A model generated the notes under the pieces. That model saw only the letters and a program-made list of their open reading frames with translations, searched no databases and was not told the origin of the DNA. Made by a program: the position numbers and the translations under genes. From Clostridiales bacterium (GTDB lineage: Bacteria > Bacillota > Clostridia > Christensenellales > JAISNN01): a stretch of DNA of 64,000 nt. Location of the stretch: contig JAITOU010000023.1 in the NCBI GenBank assembly GCA_031289755.1, positions 102,837 to 166,836 of the forward strand, written 5' to 3'. This document shows, piece after piece, positions 9,507 through 19,406 of this stretch (positions are counted from its first letter, which is position 1; every line of letters starts with the position of its first letter).

Positions 9507-11800
9507 AATTTGCGTTAGCAGGAAATCCGAACAGCGGAAAGACGACGCTTTTTAACGCGTTGACCGGCAGCACTGCCCACGTCGGCAATTGGCCGGGCGT
9601 CACAATAGACAAAAAATCAGGCATTTACCGCAAGTCCGCCGAAAAAGCCGAAATCATCGATTTGCCGGGAATATATTCTCTTTCGCCTTATTCGCCGGAA
9701 GAGATAGTGTCGAGAAATTTTTTGCTCGGAGAAAGTCCCGATTGTATAATCAACATCGTCGACGCGACAAATCTCGAAAGAAATCTCTATCTGACGACAC
9801 AGCTCATGGAGCTGGACATTCCGATAGTAGTCGCGCTCAACATGATAGACGTCGTTGAAAAGAACAAGGACACGATAGACGCCGACGGATTGAGCAAAAT
9901 ATTAGGCGTACCCGTCGCGACTATAAGCGCGCTCAAAGGCACGGGTATCAAAGAGCTTATGGATAAGGGTATCGAAGCGGTCAAGCGCGGCAGACAAGCC
10001 GAAACCGTTCTCAAAAAGAGCGGAGCAGCCGTACTTATCTCAAAAATCGCCGCGCTTTACGGCGAAAACAAGACGAAGCACCCTTTATTTCACGCCGTCA
10101 AGCTCATAGAAGACGACGAAATCGAAAAGGAAAATTTCCCCGAGATAGCGATTAAAGCGGCGGCTTTAAAAGCCGGTACGGATACGGGAATATTTGAAGG
10201 CGATTTTGAAGGCTATATCGCCGACGCGAGATACAAATACATCTCAGCCGAATTACCGGCCGCCTTCAAAAAAGCTCCTAAGCAAGGCAGCCTGACAAAA
10301 AGCGACAAAATCGACAAGGTTCTCACTCACAAGGTTTGGGGAATACCGATATTTCTCGTCATCATGCTCGCGGTCTTTCACATCACGTTCAGCGAAAACT
10401 TTTTGTTTTTGGGCTTGTTTATACCTGAAGGAACTTTTGACCATGCAATCTTCGGCACGGACGCGATAAATTCGCCCGGTGTGATTATCTTTAATCTCAT
10501 GGATTGGGCGACCGTTTCTTTGGGAGAAGTCATAGCGTCGCTCTTTCCGGACCCGACATGGTATGCAAGCCTGATAAACGACGGCTTGCTCGGCGGCTTG
10601 TTTGCGGTGCTATCCTTTGTACCGCAGATACTCGTACTTTTTTTGTTTCTCTCGATATTAGAGGACAGCGGATATATGGCGCGCGTGGCGTTTATTATGG
10701 ACAGAGCGTTCCGCCGTTTCGGGCTTTCGGGCAAGGCGTTTATGCCGCTCGTAATGTGCTTCGGCTGCGGCGTTCCGGGAATAATGGCGACGAGAACTCT
10801 CGAAAACGAACAGGAAAGAAAGCGCACGATTTTTCTCGCTCCTTTCTTTTCGTGCGGAGCTAAGCTGCCGATATGGGCGGCATTCGCGGGCGTCTTTGCC
10901 CATTACAGGGGACTGAATGCCGAATTTACGGTTTTTTCGATGTACATACTCGGCATAGCCGTAGCGGTCATATCGTCGTTCATTTTAAAACGGACGATAA
11001 TCAAGGGCGAAACGCCGCCGTTTATTATGGAATTGCCTACATATCATTTACCGCAGGTCAAAAACACGGTCATTCACCTTTGGGAGAAGCTCAAACATTA
11101 TGTAATAAGAGCCGGCACGATTATAGCCGGAGCGGTCGTAGTCATCTGGTTTTTGACGTCGTTTAGCTTCAACATCGGCGCGGGACTCGTAGAAGACAGC
11201 GGCGACAGTATCTTGGGCGTCATTTCAAACGGTCTAAAATGGATTTTTTATCCGCTCGGCTTCGGCATGGGTGAGAACGGCTGGAAGTTTGTCGTAGCGA
11301 CTATCACGGGACTGCTCGCCAAAGAAGTTGTCGTGGCGACAATGGGTATCTTTGCCGGAATGGACGGCGACGAAGCATTAGAGACAGAAGGCTCGGAATT
11401 GGGCGATACTCCGCTCGGACTTATGATTATCAGCATAGGGGGAGTACTCGGCGGACTCGATATCGCCGTTCCGGCCATGTTTGCCTTTATGGCGTTCAAC
11501 CTTTTGAGCGTGCCTTGTATGGCGGCGGTAGCCGCCGCAAAGGCGGAATTTAAAAACAACAAATGGCTCTGGAAGGCAATAGCTTTTTGGATAATAACGG
11601 CGTATGCCGTAGCTTGCGTAATCTTTTGGCTCGGCGTTCTCTACACCTTGGCATGGTGGGTAGGATTGCTCGCAACGGTAGGCTTAGCAGTCTTGGTCGT
11701 CTACGGCGTGAGATTTGCCGGAGCTTTAATCGACAAGAAAAACGGCAAAACGGATAAAATAAACATCAAAGAGCTTTTTCTCTTCAAAAAAATAAAATAA
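9503..11800 (+). CDS. feoB: Ferrous iron transporter FeoB
   Basis: 765 aa. N-terminal G domain (GNPNSGKTTLFN, DLPG, NMID) followed by a polytopic membrane domain. Confidence 0.97.
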   Translation: MKFALAGNPNSGKTTLFNALTGSTAHVGNWPGVTIDKKSGIYRKSAEKAEIIDLPGIYSLSPYSPEEIVSRNFLLGESPDCIINIVDATNLERNLYLTTQLMELDIPIVVALNMIDVVEKNKDTIDADGLSKILGVPVATISALKGTGIKELMDKGIEAVKRGRQAETVLKKSGAAVLISKIAALYGENKTKHPLFHAVKLIEDDEIEKENFPEIAIKAAALKAGTDTGIFEGDFEGYIADARYKYISAELPAAFKKAPKQGSLTKSDKIDKVLTHKVWGIPIFLVIMLAVFHITFSENFLFLGLFIPEGTFDHAIFGTDAINSPGVIIFNLMDWATVSLGEVIASLFPDPTWYASLINDGLLGGLFAVLSFVPQILVLFLFLSILEDSGYMARVAFIMDRAFRRFGLSGKAFMPLVMCFGCGVPGIMATRTLENEQERKRTIFLAPFFSCGAKLPIWAAFAGVFAHYRGLNAEFTVFSMYILGIAVAVISSFILKRTIIKGETPPFIMELPTYHLPQVKNTVIHLWEKLKHYVIRAGTIIAGAVVVIWFLTSFSFNIGAGLVEDSGDSILGVISNGLKWIFYPLGFGMGENGWKFVVATITGLLAKEVVVATMGIFAGMDGDEALETEGSELGDTPLGLMIISIGGVLGGLDIAVPAMFAFMAFNLLSVPCMAAVAAAKAEFKNNKWLWKAIAFWIITAYAVACVIFWLGVLYTLAWWVGLLATVGLAVLVVYGVRFAGALIDKKNGKTDKINIKELFLFKKIK

Positions 11801-11863
11801 GACCGACGGACAAAAAGCGCAAAGCTTACGGTCTAAACGACAAATTCTCTCGGGGGTGAAAAC

Positions 11864-12130
11864 GTGAAACCTATCGAAACAATAACAATAATCGCGGCTA
11901 TGAAGCCTGTCGAAATAATAATATTAATCGCGGCTATCGCGCTCGTAGCTTTTTCGGTGATATACAATATACGCAAACGCAAAAAGGGCAAGGGTTGCGG
12001 CTGTGCCGACGGCGGCGATTCGGGCGGCTGTTCGGGTTGTTCGGGTTGCAGTGTTTGCGCAACGGAAGAGAGCAAGAGCATAAGCGAAGAAAGCAAAGGC
12101 GACAATGCAAGCGGAAGCGGCAACGAGTAA
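11864..12130 (+). CDS. FeoB-associated Cys-rich membrane protein
   Basis: A single TM is followed by RKRKKGKGCGCADGGDSGGCSGCSGCSVC. It lies directly downstream of feoB. GTG start after GGGGGTG; an alternative ATG is at 11900. Confidence 0.7.
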   Translation: MKPIETITIIAAMKPVEIIILIAAIALVAFSVIYNIRKRKKGKGCGCADGGDSGGCSGCSGCSVCATEESKSISEESKGDNASGSGNE

Positions 12131-12145
12131 AGAATTAACTATATA

Positions 12146-12171
12146 AAGGAGCGTGAAAACGCTCCTTTTTA
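12146..12171 (+). terminator. feo operon terminator
   Basis: AAGGAGCG-tgaaaa-CGCTCCTTTTT. Confidence 0.85.
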
Positions 12172-12296
12172 ATTCCGTATAATTAAGCCGCCGCTTTAAG
12201 TCGTGACACGGCTTAAAGGCTATTGCTTATTTGCCCGGAATATGATAATATTAGATTATTCCTAAAATCTAAACGCCTTTAAAAGGATAGAATTTA

Positions 12297-12779
12297 ATGA
12301 AAAAATATGATATTGTAGAGTTAATAAACGACGACGGTACGCTTTTTGAGAAAGGGATAAAGAAGGGCTGTATCGGTATTTTGTCGGGAGATAATGAAAA
12401 TAACGGATTTGCGGTATTGTTTTTAAATAATAAAAACGCAGGCGAATATGCCGTCGCAACGGCAAGAGAAAGGGATTTGAAGCTGTTAGGGGAAATCCCG
12501 AACGAGTATAAAGCGGATATGGAAAAAAAGCTAAACGCCCCCGATTTCTTTAAAAATATCCGATTCAAACAAAGCGCCGTAAAGGAATACGATTTAGTTG
12601 AGCTTATTGTCGATAAGCCCGAATATTCGGAATGGGGCATCTTTAAGGGAATGCGGGGCTGCGTAATGAGCGGCTACGCTATTATGAGCGCATGGCAGGT
12701 GATTTTTTCGGAGAACGGAACGGGCAGGGATATTGCAGATATTTCAGTCAAGGAAGAAGATTTTAAGGTCGTCAAATAA
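12297..12779 (+). CDS. Hypothetical protein with two tandem ~75-aa repeats (DUF4926-like by pattern)
   Basis: Both halves begin K(K/E)YD(I/L)VELI and contain G(I/F)(K/F)KG..G. The family assignment is from memory only. Confidence 0.5.
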   Translation: MKKYDIVELINDDGTLFEKGIKKGCIGILSGDNENNGFAVLFLNNKNAGEYAVATARERDLKLLGEIPNEYKADMEKKLNAPDFFKNIRFKQSAVKEYDLVELIVDKPEYSEWGIFKGMRGCVMSGYAIMSAWQVIFSENGTGRDIADISVKEEDFKVVK

Positions 12780-12808
12780 TAGACTTTTTACAAAAAGTCT
12801 AATGAAGG

Positions 12809-12847
12809 AAACGCCGCGCAAGTAATATTAGCGCGGCGTTTTGTTTT
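12809..12847 (+). terminator. Terminator between the repeat protein gene and tadA
   Basis: AACGCCGCGC-loop-GCGCGGCGTT followed by TTGTTTT. Confidence 0.75.
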
Positions 12848-12855
12848 ATGCGTTT

Positions 12856-13296
12856 TCAATCGCGTAATTTTTTGAAGAAAGCTTTTAGAAGCTTTTGGCA
12901 ATCGTCCTTTAATATGCCGGGGTGACAGGCGGTTTTGTGGTTGTACGCGCCCGATTGGAGAATGGACGAGCTTGAAGCCTTATCGTCCGACGCACCGTAA
13001 TATAGCTGCTCTATCCGTGCGTTGACTATCGCTCCGGCGCACATCGGACAGGGTTCGAGAGTGACGTACAGGTCGCAGCCGTTTAGCCGCCAATTTCCGA
13101 TTTTTGCGGAAGCTTTTTTTATCGCTTGTATCTCGGCGTGACCGAGAACGCTGCCGGTTTTTTCGATGACGTTATAGGCGGCGGCTATGATTTTGCCGTC
13201 CTTGACTATAAGCGCGCCAACGGGAACTTCTCCGATGTCAAAGGCTTTTTGGGCTAAGGACAGAGCTTTTTTCATAAAATCTTCGGGGGTGTACAT
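12856..13296 (-). CDS. tadA: tRNA adenosine(34) deaminase
   Basis: 146 aa with the CDA zinc motifs HAE and PCPMCAGA. Confidence 0.93.
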   Translation of the reverse strand: MYTPEDFMKKALSLAQKAFDIGEVPVGALIVKDGKIIAAAYNVIEKTGSVLGHAEIQAIKKASAKIGNWRLNGCDLYVTLEPCPMCAGAIVNARIEQLYYGASDDKASSSSILQSGAYNHKTACHPGILKDDCQKLLKAFFKKLRD

Positions 13297-13335
13297 GGTT
13301 GCTCCTTTTGCATTCGGGATATATTTAAAAGCGGC

Positions 13336-14289
13336 TCATAAACCGAGTATTTTGCGCGTTGCGTAGTCGGCGATTGTCGGAACGTCGGCGTTAGCGGCGT
13401 ATATTTGGTCAAAGCGGTCATTTAGCTCGTCGTAGGTGTTGCCTTCGCCGCCGACTTCTACGGTCAGAGAAAGGCTGTCAAATTGTTCGGTGAACCAATC
13501 CTTATAACCGCCCGCGCTCCCTTGACTGCTTAGCAGCGGATAGCCTGTCGCATCCGAAAACATCGCGGCAAGCTCGGGGTACGGCGCGTTATTTTTGTAG
13601 CCGTAGTATATTACTTCTCCCTTACAATGATAACACAAAGCCGTGATAATGTCATGCTGTTTTGTAAAGTTTACGAGAGCTTTTGTTTCCGGTTCGCTTT
13701 CGGGGTACGGTCCGATGTAATTTGCCGGGGCGGGGTAAACGGTATTTTGCAAGCCCGTTCCCCAGCCGGCGTCAAAATTTACGTTTAGGTCTACGGCATC
13801 GACGTTGGCTTTCCACAAGCGGAAGTCGCTGCCGCCGCCGTTGATTTTGATAAGGTATGCGGCGGTATCGGAGACCTTCCTTTTCGGGAGAGAAGCACGG
13901 TAAGCTTCAAAGCCTTTTTCGCCGTAAAAAAAGCACGGATTTAAGGGATTGAGCGCGGACGACGGACGGTCGAGTATCGCGCTTATCGCGTCGATGCCGA
14001 GCGTGACTAAGGCTACGCCGTCGATATCGACTACGGGTACAAAATAAATTGCACTTTTACCCGAATAGTTCTCAGCCATTTTTGTCACCAACGGCGCGGT
14101 AATATATTCTCTCGCGTGTATCGCGCCGAATATAAGCGTACCGCCGTAGCTCCCGTCGCCTTTTTTGACGTAAGGTATCGGACTGCCGAGTACCGTGCGT
14201 CCGATATAGCCCGTTTCGTATCCTTGTTTTTTGAAAACACTTATGCTTTTGTAAACGTCTTTTATTATATTCAAAGGTTCTACCGTCAT
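13336..14289 (-). CDS. M14-family metallocarboxypeptidase (gamma-D-glutamyl-diamino-acid peptidase-like)
   Basis: Contains HAREYIT (HxxE zinc site) and WKANVDAVDLNVNF. Confidence 0.8.
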   Translation of the reverse strand: MTVEPLNIIKDVYKSISVFKKQGYETGYIGRTVLGSPIPYVKKGDGSYGGTLIFGAIHAREYITAPLVTKMAENYSGKSAIYFVPVVDIDGVALVTLGIDAISAILDRPSSALNPLNPCFFYGEKGFEAYRASLPKRKVSDTAAYLIKINGGGSDFRLWKANVDAVDLNVNFDAGWGTGLQNTVYPAPANYIGPYPESEPETKALVNFTKQHDIITALCYHCKGEVIYYGYKNNAPYPELAAMFSDATGYPLLSSQGSAGGYKDWFTEQFDSLSLTVEVGGEGNTYDELNDRFDQIYAANADVPTIADYATRKILGL

Positions 14290-14414
14290 ACGCGCTCCTT
14301 AAAATAAGCCTGTCGGGCAAGAAGATAAATTATAAGCAAGGATTTCTTAATTATTACAGTGTATGAAAAAGCCGTATTTACATTGCTTTTTTTGCCGAAA
14401 CATTGTATAATAGA

Positions 14415-14570
14415 TTAGTCCTATAACCTATCCGCCGACATATTTTGCGTCTTTTTGGCTTATACATCGTTGCATTATCCTAATGTAGCTTACGCTACAC
14501 GTCGTCAAATGCGCCTTGTATAAGCCAAAAATCCGCTAAAATCTGTTCGTCATATAGGTTATAGGACTAA
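14415..14570 (+). repeat. Rod-like hairpin element, copy 1 of 3
   Basis: 17-bp perfect outer stem, 15-bp perfect middle stem and an apical GTAGC-TTAC-GCTAC hairpin. 94% identical (9 differences in 156 nt) to 37032-37187. Confidence 0.9.
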
Positions 14571-14638
14571 TAAAATATTATCGCGCCGCAAACGCTTTTT
14601 TAAAGATTTAGACCTTACAGAGTACTACGGAGAAAAAT

Positions 14639-15418
14639 ATGCTCAAATTGTGTCCGTTAGGCAGCGGAAGCAAAGGAAATTGTATTTATTTAGAATCCGG
14701 AGAGTCCAGGCTGCTGATAGACGCGGGCTTGCCTTTTTTGGAGATAAAAAGACGTTTAAGAGAGATTGACGTCCGCCTTTGCGACCTTACGGGAGTTGTC
14801 ATAACCCACGAACACACCGACCATATCAACGGTCTTTCGGGCTTTTGCGGAAGCGGCGTTCCCGTTTTTGTCCACGACTATGTCGTGAGAATTATCGAAA
14901 GCAAATTTCCTAAGCTCGATATAAGGGGCATAAGAGAAGAAGCATTTGATTTGTCGGGGCTTAGAGTCAAGCCCTTTAAGATACCGCATGACGCCGTATA
15001 TCCCTTAGGATACAGATTTACCGACGGCAAGCTTTCGGCAAGCGTAGCGACGGATATAGGACGCGTCACGGAGAGTATAATAGACAACATGAAGGACAGC
15101 GACCTGATTGTCGCGGAAGCCAATCACGACGAAGATATGCTCATGAAGGGCGCATACCCTTATCAGTTAAAACAACGTATAATAGGCGGCAAGGGGCATA
15201 TCAACAACGCTTTGTCGGCGGAATTATTGACAAAAATCGTGACGGGACGCACAAAGAATATCTTTTTGGCTCATTTGAGCGAAGAAAATAATTTGCCGGA
15301 ATTAGCCTTCGACATAGTGGCAAAGTATTTATCGGCGCATAATATACACGAAGGCTCGGACGTAAAAATCGAGGTTTTGAAGCAGAGAGAAAGGGGAAGC
15401 CTTACGGTAGTGTATTAG
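14639..15418 (+). CDS. MBL-fold metallo-hydrolase (YycJ/WalJ-like)
   Basis: 259 aa. Contains GSGSKGNC and THEHTDHINGL. Confidence 0.85.
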   Translation: MLKLCPLGSGSKGNCIYLESGESRLLIDAGLPFLEIKRRLREIDVRLCDLTGVVITHEHTDHINGLSGFCGSGVPVFVHDYVVRIIESKFPKLDIRGIREEAFDLSGLRVKPFKIPHDAVYPLGYRFTDGKLSASVATDIGRVTESIIDNMKDSDLIVAEANHDEDMLMKGAYPYQLKQRIIGGKGHINNALSAELLTKIVTGRTKNIFLAHLSEENNLPELAFDIVAKYLSAHNIHEGSDVKIEVLKQRERGSLTVVY

Positions 15419-15533
15419 GATTTCCATTAATCGCAATGTTTTTGACAAAGGATATAAAACGCTTGCCTATACGGCATTTAAGTATTATAATATAATCAGT
15501 CACCATTTTGTGATTGACGATAAGGATTTTTAA

Positions 15534-16631
15534 ATGAAGAGAAAAGCCTTGACCTTCGGTGAAAGCAACGTGAGCATTATTACGGCTTTTGCCGGTTCTA
15601 TTGCGGGAGCGACAATAATCGCGGGATTAGTTATGATAGCGAACGCATTTAACGGCGGCAGTTTTGCGGAAAGCACGGACTTTGCCTATATTACGCTTGC
15701 CCTGACGCAGCTACTGATGTTCGGCGGCGCGTTTTTTTATCTTGCGGTACTCAGAAAGGTCAACGTTTTCAATCTATTCCGCATGGGTTTTGGCAAGCTA
15801 AGCCTTGTCAAGGTACTTTTGCTTTTTGCGATTGCGGTAGGTGCGATATTGCTTTTTGCGCCTTTGGCGGAGCTATTTGTCGGCGCACTCATGAAGCTCG
15901 GATATCAGCCGATAATCGAAGAAGCCGAGAGCTTCACTTGGGGCGGCTTGGTTATCGCGATAGCGGCGATGTGTATCCTGCCGGCCTTTAACGAAGAGAT
16001 ACTTTTTCGCGGCATCTTGATGAACGGCGCAAGGCGAAAGGGCGCATATTTTGCCATTGTATACACCGCATTTATCTTTATGATTTTTCACGGCAATCCG
16101 CAGCAGACGGTGCATCAATTCTTTTTGGGCTTGATATTCGGTTATCTTGCGGTGACGACGGGCAGTATTATTTTCGGCGTTATCCTGCATTTCTTTAACA
16201 ACCTTATCGCCGTCTTGTTCGGCTATATTTCCTTTGACGGCATAACGTCCGACGGACTGATAATCATGTATGCCGTTTGGGTAGTGGCGGGAGCGGTTAT
16301 TCTATTCTTTGCGCTTAGAGCCTTTAAACGGCTGAACGACAGAGAAAAATTCGGCGATACGGAAACAAAGCCTAACGGCATAAAGGATTCCGTCGTCTAC
16401 ATCAAAAAATTGCTCTTCGATAAGAGCTTCCGCCTGACCGAAAAGGAAGCCTTTAACAATAAATACGACGCTCAAAACGAATTTGGGGGAGAGATAGACC
16501 CCGACGTCATCTTTGCGGCCGGCACGGGCGAAGAGAAAAAATATCCCACTTCCGCAAAGGTCGCAATTATCGGCGGAATTTTGATGTGGTTATTGACCTG
16601 TATAATGGGTTTTCTCGGCGCGTTGAGTTGA
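15534..16631 (+). CDS. CPBP-family intramembrane glutamic endopeptidase
   Basis: Contains EEILFRG, FxxxH (FMIFHG) and HFFNN motifs in a polytopic protein. Confidence 0.85.
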   Translation: MKRKALTFGESNVSIITAFAGSIAGATIIAGLVMIANAFNGGSFAESTDFAYITLALTQLLMFGGAFFYLAVLRKVNVFNLFRMGFGKLSLVKVLLLFAIAVGAILLFAPLAELFVGALMKLGYQPIIEEAESFTWGGLVIAIAAMCILPAFNEEILFRGILMNGARRKGAYFAIVYTAFIFMIFHGNPQQTVHQFFLGLIFGYLAVTTGSIIFGVILHFFNNLIAVLFGYISFDGITSDGLIIMYAVWVVAGAVILFFALRAFKRLNDREKFGDTETKPNGIKDSVVYIKKLLFDKSFRLTEKEAFNNKYDAQNEFGGEIDPDVIFAAGTGEEKKYPTSAKVAIIGGILMWLLTCIMGFLGALS

Positions 16632-16822
16632 GAATATACAAAAAGCACCGACACGTTATTGAATTAAGGATATACACAAAAAAAGCACCGCACATTTGGT
16701 AAAACCGCAAGCGTTTGATTAGGTGCGTAAAAAAATGATATTCACAAAAACATTTGCCGGAGCAGACTTGGCTTCCGGTATCGGCATAAACCCCAAAAAA
16801 ATCTAATAAGGAGTATTACATC

Positions 16823-18085
16823 ATGGATATTGCACAGAAGGAAAAAGCGGGCAAAAACGTAATGGCTTTTGTCAAAAAATTTGAAAAACACGGTCCGAGA
16901 CTTCCGGGCAGCGAAGAAGAGCAAAGAGCCGCCGAAGCGCTCGTCAAGGAGGTTCAGCTTCAAACGGGTCTTGACGCAAAAAAAGAGGAATTTGTCGTTC
17001 ACCCGACATCCGGCGTCGGCGCGATTCCTTATCTCGGGTATCTCTCTTATGCCGCGCTTTTATTTTATTTTTTGACGCTCATTCCGGCTTTGAACGTCGT
17101 CTTCGGTATCGTATCGCTCGTCTTTATGAGCTGTATGTGGATTTTTGCCGTGACGCACGTATTTAGATATAAGACGTGGTTCGATTTCCTTTTCAAAAAA
17201 TCCGTGTCAAATAACGTCGTCGCCGAATTGCCGGCACGCAGCGGCAAGCACGACGTAACGATAATATATTCGGGACATCTCGACACAAGCTGGAATTGGA
17301 ATATGGCGGCTTACGGCAATCCTGCCAAAATGATTCCGTTGACGGCGGCGGGCATTGTCGCGACGGTGACCTTTGCGGTCTTTACATACATCAAGGTCAT
17401 AGGCGGCTTGGCGCTCGGCGATTATCCTGTCATGATAATCGTTCCGGCGATTTGCGGAATATTCTTTTTGCCGCTCTGTCTTTTTCTCTCCTACAACAAG
17501 AAAAAAGCTTCGCCGGGCGCAATGGACAATCTCACCGGCATAGGACTCGCTCTCGAAACGGTAAAATATTACAAAAACAATCCTAAGGCATTGCCCGACA
17601 ACGTAAGAGTATTCTTTGCCGGTCTCGGAAGCGAAGAAGCGGGGCTTAGGGGTTCGTTCGCGTATGTCAAGGCTCATTTGGGCAAGGACGACATATTGAC
17701 GCCGGGCAAAACCTATGTGGTAAATATCGATTCGGTAGCGGATAAGGAGCATTTTGAAGTCGTACAAGGGGATTTGTGGCAGACAAGCTTCTTTAATAAG
17801 GATATCTGCAATCTCGCCTTCGACGCCATGACCGAAACGGGCGTCAACCCTAAAAGAATATTAAACCCTATCGGCGGCTGCGACTCTACGCCTTTCCACA
17901 AAAAAGGCATTGATACCTGCACTCTCGCCGCCCAAAACCCCGTAGCGTCGGATTATTACCACACCTTTAAGGACGTATCGACACGCTTCGGCGAAGGCGT
18001 AGTCGCGGACGGCTTCGAGGTCATACTGAGATTTACCGATAAGATATTGGAATATCATAAAAACCGTACGGAAACACCGAGTTAA
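16823..18085 (+). CDS. Membrane-associated M28-family peptidase
   Basis: Contains HLDTSWNW and GSEEAGLRGS, with several central TM segments. Confidence 0.7.
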   Translation: MDIAQKEKAGKNVMAFVKKFEKHGPRLPGSEEEQRAAEALVKEVQLQTGLDAKKEEFVVHPTSGVGAIPYLGYLSYAALLFYFLTLIPALNVVFGIVSLVFMSCMWIFAVTHVFRYKTWFDFLFKKSVSNNVVAELPARSGKHDVTIIYSGHLDTSWNWNMAAYGNPAKMIPLTAAGIVATVTFAVFTYIKVIGGLALGDYPVMIIVPAICGIFFLPLCLFLSYNKKKASPGAMDNLTGIGLALETVKYYKNNPKALPDNVRVFFAGLGSEEAGLRGSFAYVKAHLGKDDILTPGKTYVVNIDSVADKEHFEVVQGDLWQTSFFNKDICNLAFDAMTETGVNPKRILNPIGGCDSTPFHKKGIDTCTLAAQNPVASDYYHTFKDVSTRFGEGVVADGFEVILRFTDKILEYHKNRTETPS

Positions 18086-18222
18086 AGCTTGCTTTTTTGC
18101 ATAAGCAAAAAAGATAAGGAAAAAACGGGCGTTAGCGGTATACAATGCTAACGCTTTTTTCAAACGTCTCATTGTCAACCTACTGCTCCGTTATGACAAA
18201 AAATCGGACATATCAAAAAGAT

Positions 18223-18252
18223 TTGACAAATAAATATGATTTTGAGTATAAT
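18223..18252 (+). promoter_or_regulatory. Promoter of the T-box/cysE-cysS transcript
   Basis: TTGACA-18 nt-TATAAT. Confidence 0.7.
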
Positions 18253-18339
18253 GTAAATATAGTTTGCACGAAGCCGTAGACCTAAACGAATATTATTATA
18301 TCGGCAGGATAAAATCATATCGTCAAGACGGCTAATTGT

Positions 18340-18608
18340 AAAAGATATTTAAACGCGATACGCAGGTAAGAGTAAACGGAAAAATTGCGGATAAGAGAGA
18401 GCGGACTTTGGCTGAGAGCCGCTTACGCCTGATATTCCGTCGAAGTGCGGCCGGCGTGCGGCGCGGAGGAAATGCCGCGACAGCGATTTTTTTGGAAGCT
18501 GTACAAAGTCCGTGTGAGATGCCGCATAAAATTGCGGTGAAAATAAGGTGGAACAGCGGAAGAGATTTATCCGCCCTTATGCTTTGCAGGGGGCGGTTTT
18601 GTTTTTTG
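18340..18608 (+). promoter_or_regulatory. T-box leader, probable Cys (UGC) specifier
   Basis: Stem I base GCGATA..GTAAGAGTA, then AGAGAG...GGCTGAGAG. GAAGUGCG with UGC at 18446-18448. T-box sequence AAATAAGGTGGAACAGCGG (18541-18559). GGUGGA can pair with UCCGCC (antiterminator), competing with the terminator CCGCCC...GGGCGGTTTTGTTTTTT (18571-18608). The cysE-cysS context matches the Bacillus cysES T-box. Confidence 0.88.
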
Positions 18609-18710
18609 TCGGGTTTTGGCGTGAGGCAGTGTTCTGTAAGGTTTAAAGCTTGGCGTTTATGACTTACGGATACTACCGTCAAAAAACCGTTATTGTCGGG
18701 AGAGTGGGAT

Positions 18711-19406
18711 ATGTTTAAAAAATTAAAAGCCGATTTGAATGCGGTCGTAGAAAAAGACCCTGCGGCAAGAAATAAACTCGAAGTTATATTGACATATTCG
18801 GGTTTTAGGGCTATATTGTATTATAGGATAGCGCATTGGCTCGACGGCAAGAAGCTCAAACTTTTGGCGCGCATCATCAGTCAGAGCGCACGGCACAAGA
18901 CGGGAATCGAAATCCACCCTGCCGCCAAGCTCGGCAGCGGAATATTTATCGACCACGGCATGGGCGTCATCATCGGCGAGACCGCCGAGGTCGGCGACAA
19001 TGTCGTCATTTATCAGGGCGTCACGCTCGGCGGTACGGGTAAGGACACGGGCAAGCGTCACCCGACGATAGAGGACGACGTTATGATAAGCTCCGGCTCA
19101 AAAATCTTAGGGCCGATAGTCATAGGCAAAGGCAGCAAGATAGGCGCGAACAGCGTAGTGCTAAAAAATGTGCCGCCGCATTCGACGGTAGTGGGCGTGC
19201 CGGGCAGGATAGTCAGGTATAAGGGCGAAAAGGTAGGCGACATATTAGACCAGATAAAGCTGCCAGACCCTGTCATAGAAGAATTTAAGAGAATAGGTGC
19301 GCGCTTAGGCAAAATGGAACAAACTATGGGCATAAAAGCGCCTGAGTTTTCCATTACCATGTCCGACGACGAATTTACGCCGGAATTTTGGGGCGACGGT
19401 ATTTGA
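18711..19406 (+). CDS. cysE: Serine O-acetyltransferase
   Basis: The ATG at 18711 follows GGGAGAG; the track start at 18693 is TTG. Contains DPAARN, hexapeptide repeats and GIEIHPAAKLG. Confidence 0.93.
   Translation: MFKKLKADLNAVVEKDPAARNKLEVILTYSGFRAILYYRIAHWLDGKKLKLLARIISQSARHKTGIEIHPAAKLGSGIFIDHGMGVIIGETAEVGDNVVIYQGVTLGGTGKDTGKRHPTIEDDVMISSGSKILGPIVIGKGSKIGANSVVLKNVPPHSTVVGVPGRIVRYKGEKVGDILDQIKLPDPVIEEFKRIGARLGKMEQTMGIKAPEFSITMSDDEFTPEFWGDGI

Noticed and set aside
14415-14570. 6S RNA, T-box or a known riboswitch as the identity of the three-copy hairpin element
   Set aside because: 6S RNA is normally present in one or two copies and has a large central bubble. The element has no T-box core. 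The downstream genes (MBL hydrolase, membrane protein, rbgA) share no metabolic theme. It is kept as an unclassified element instead.
18332-18682. ORFs of 116 aa (minus strand) and 84 aa (plus strand) in the cysE upstream region
   Set aside because: They overlap a well-supported T-box leader with antiterminator/terminator logic. They are Arg/Cys-rich translations of GC-rich RNA structure and have no SD.
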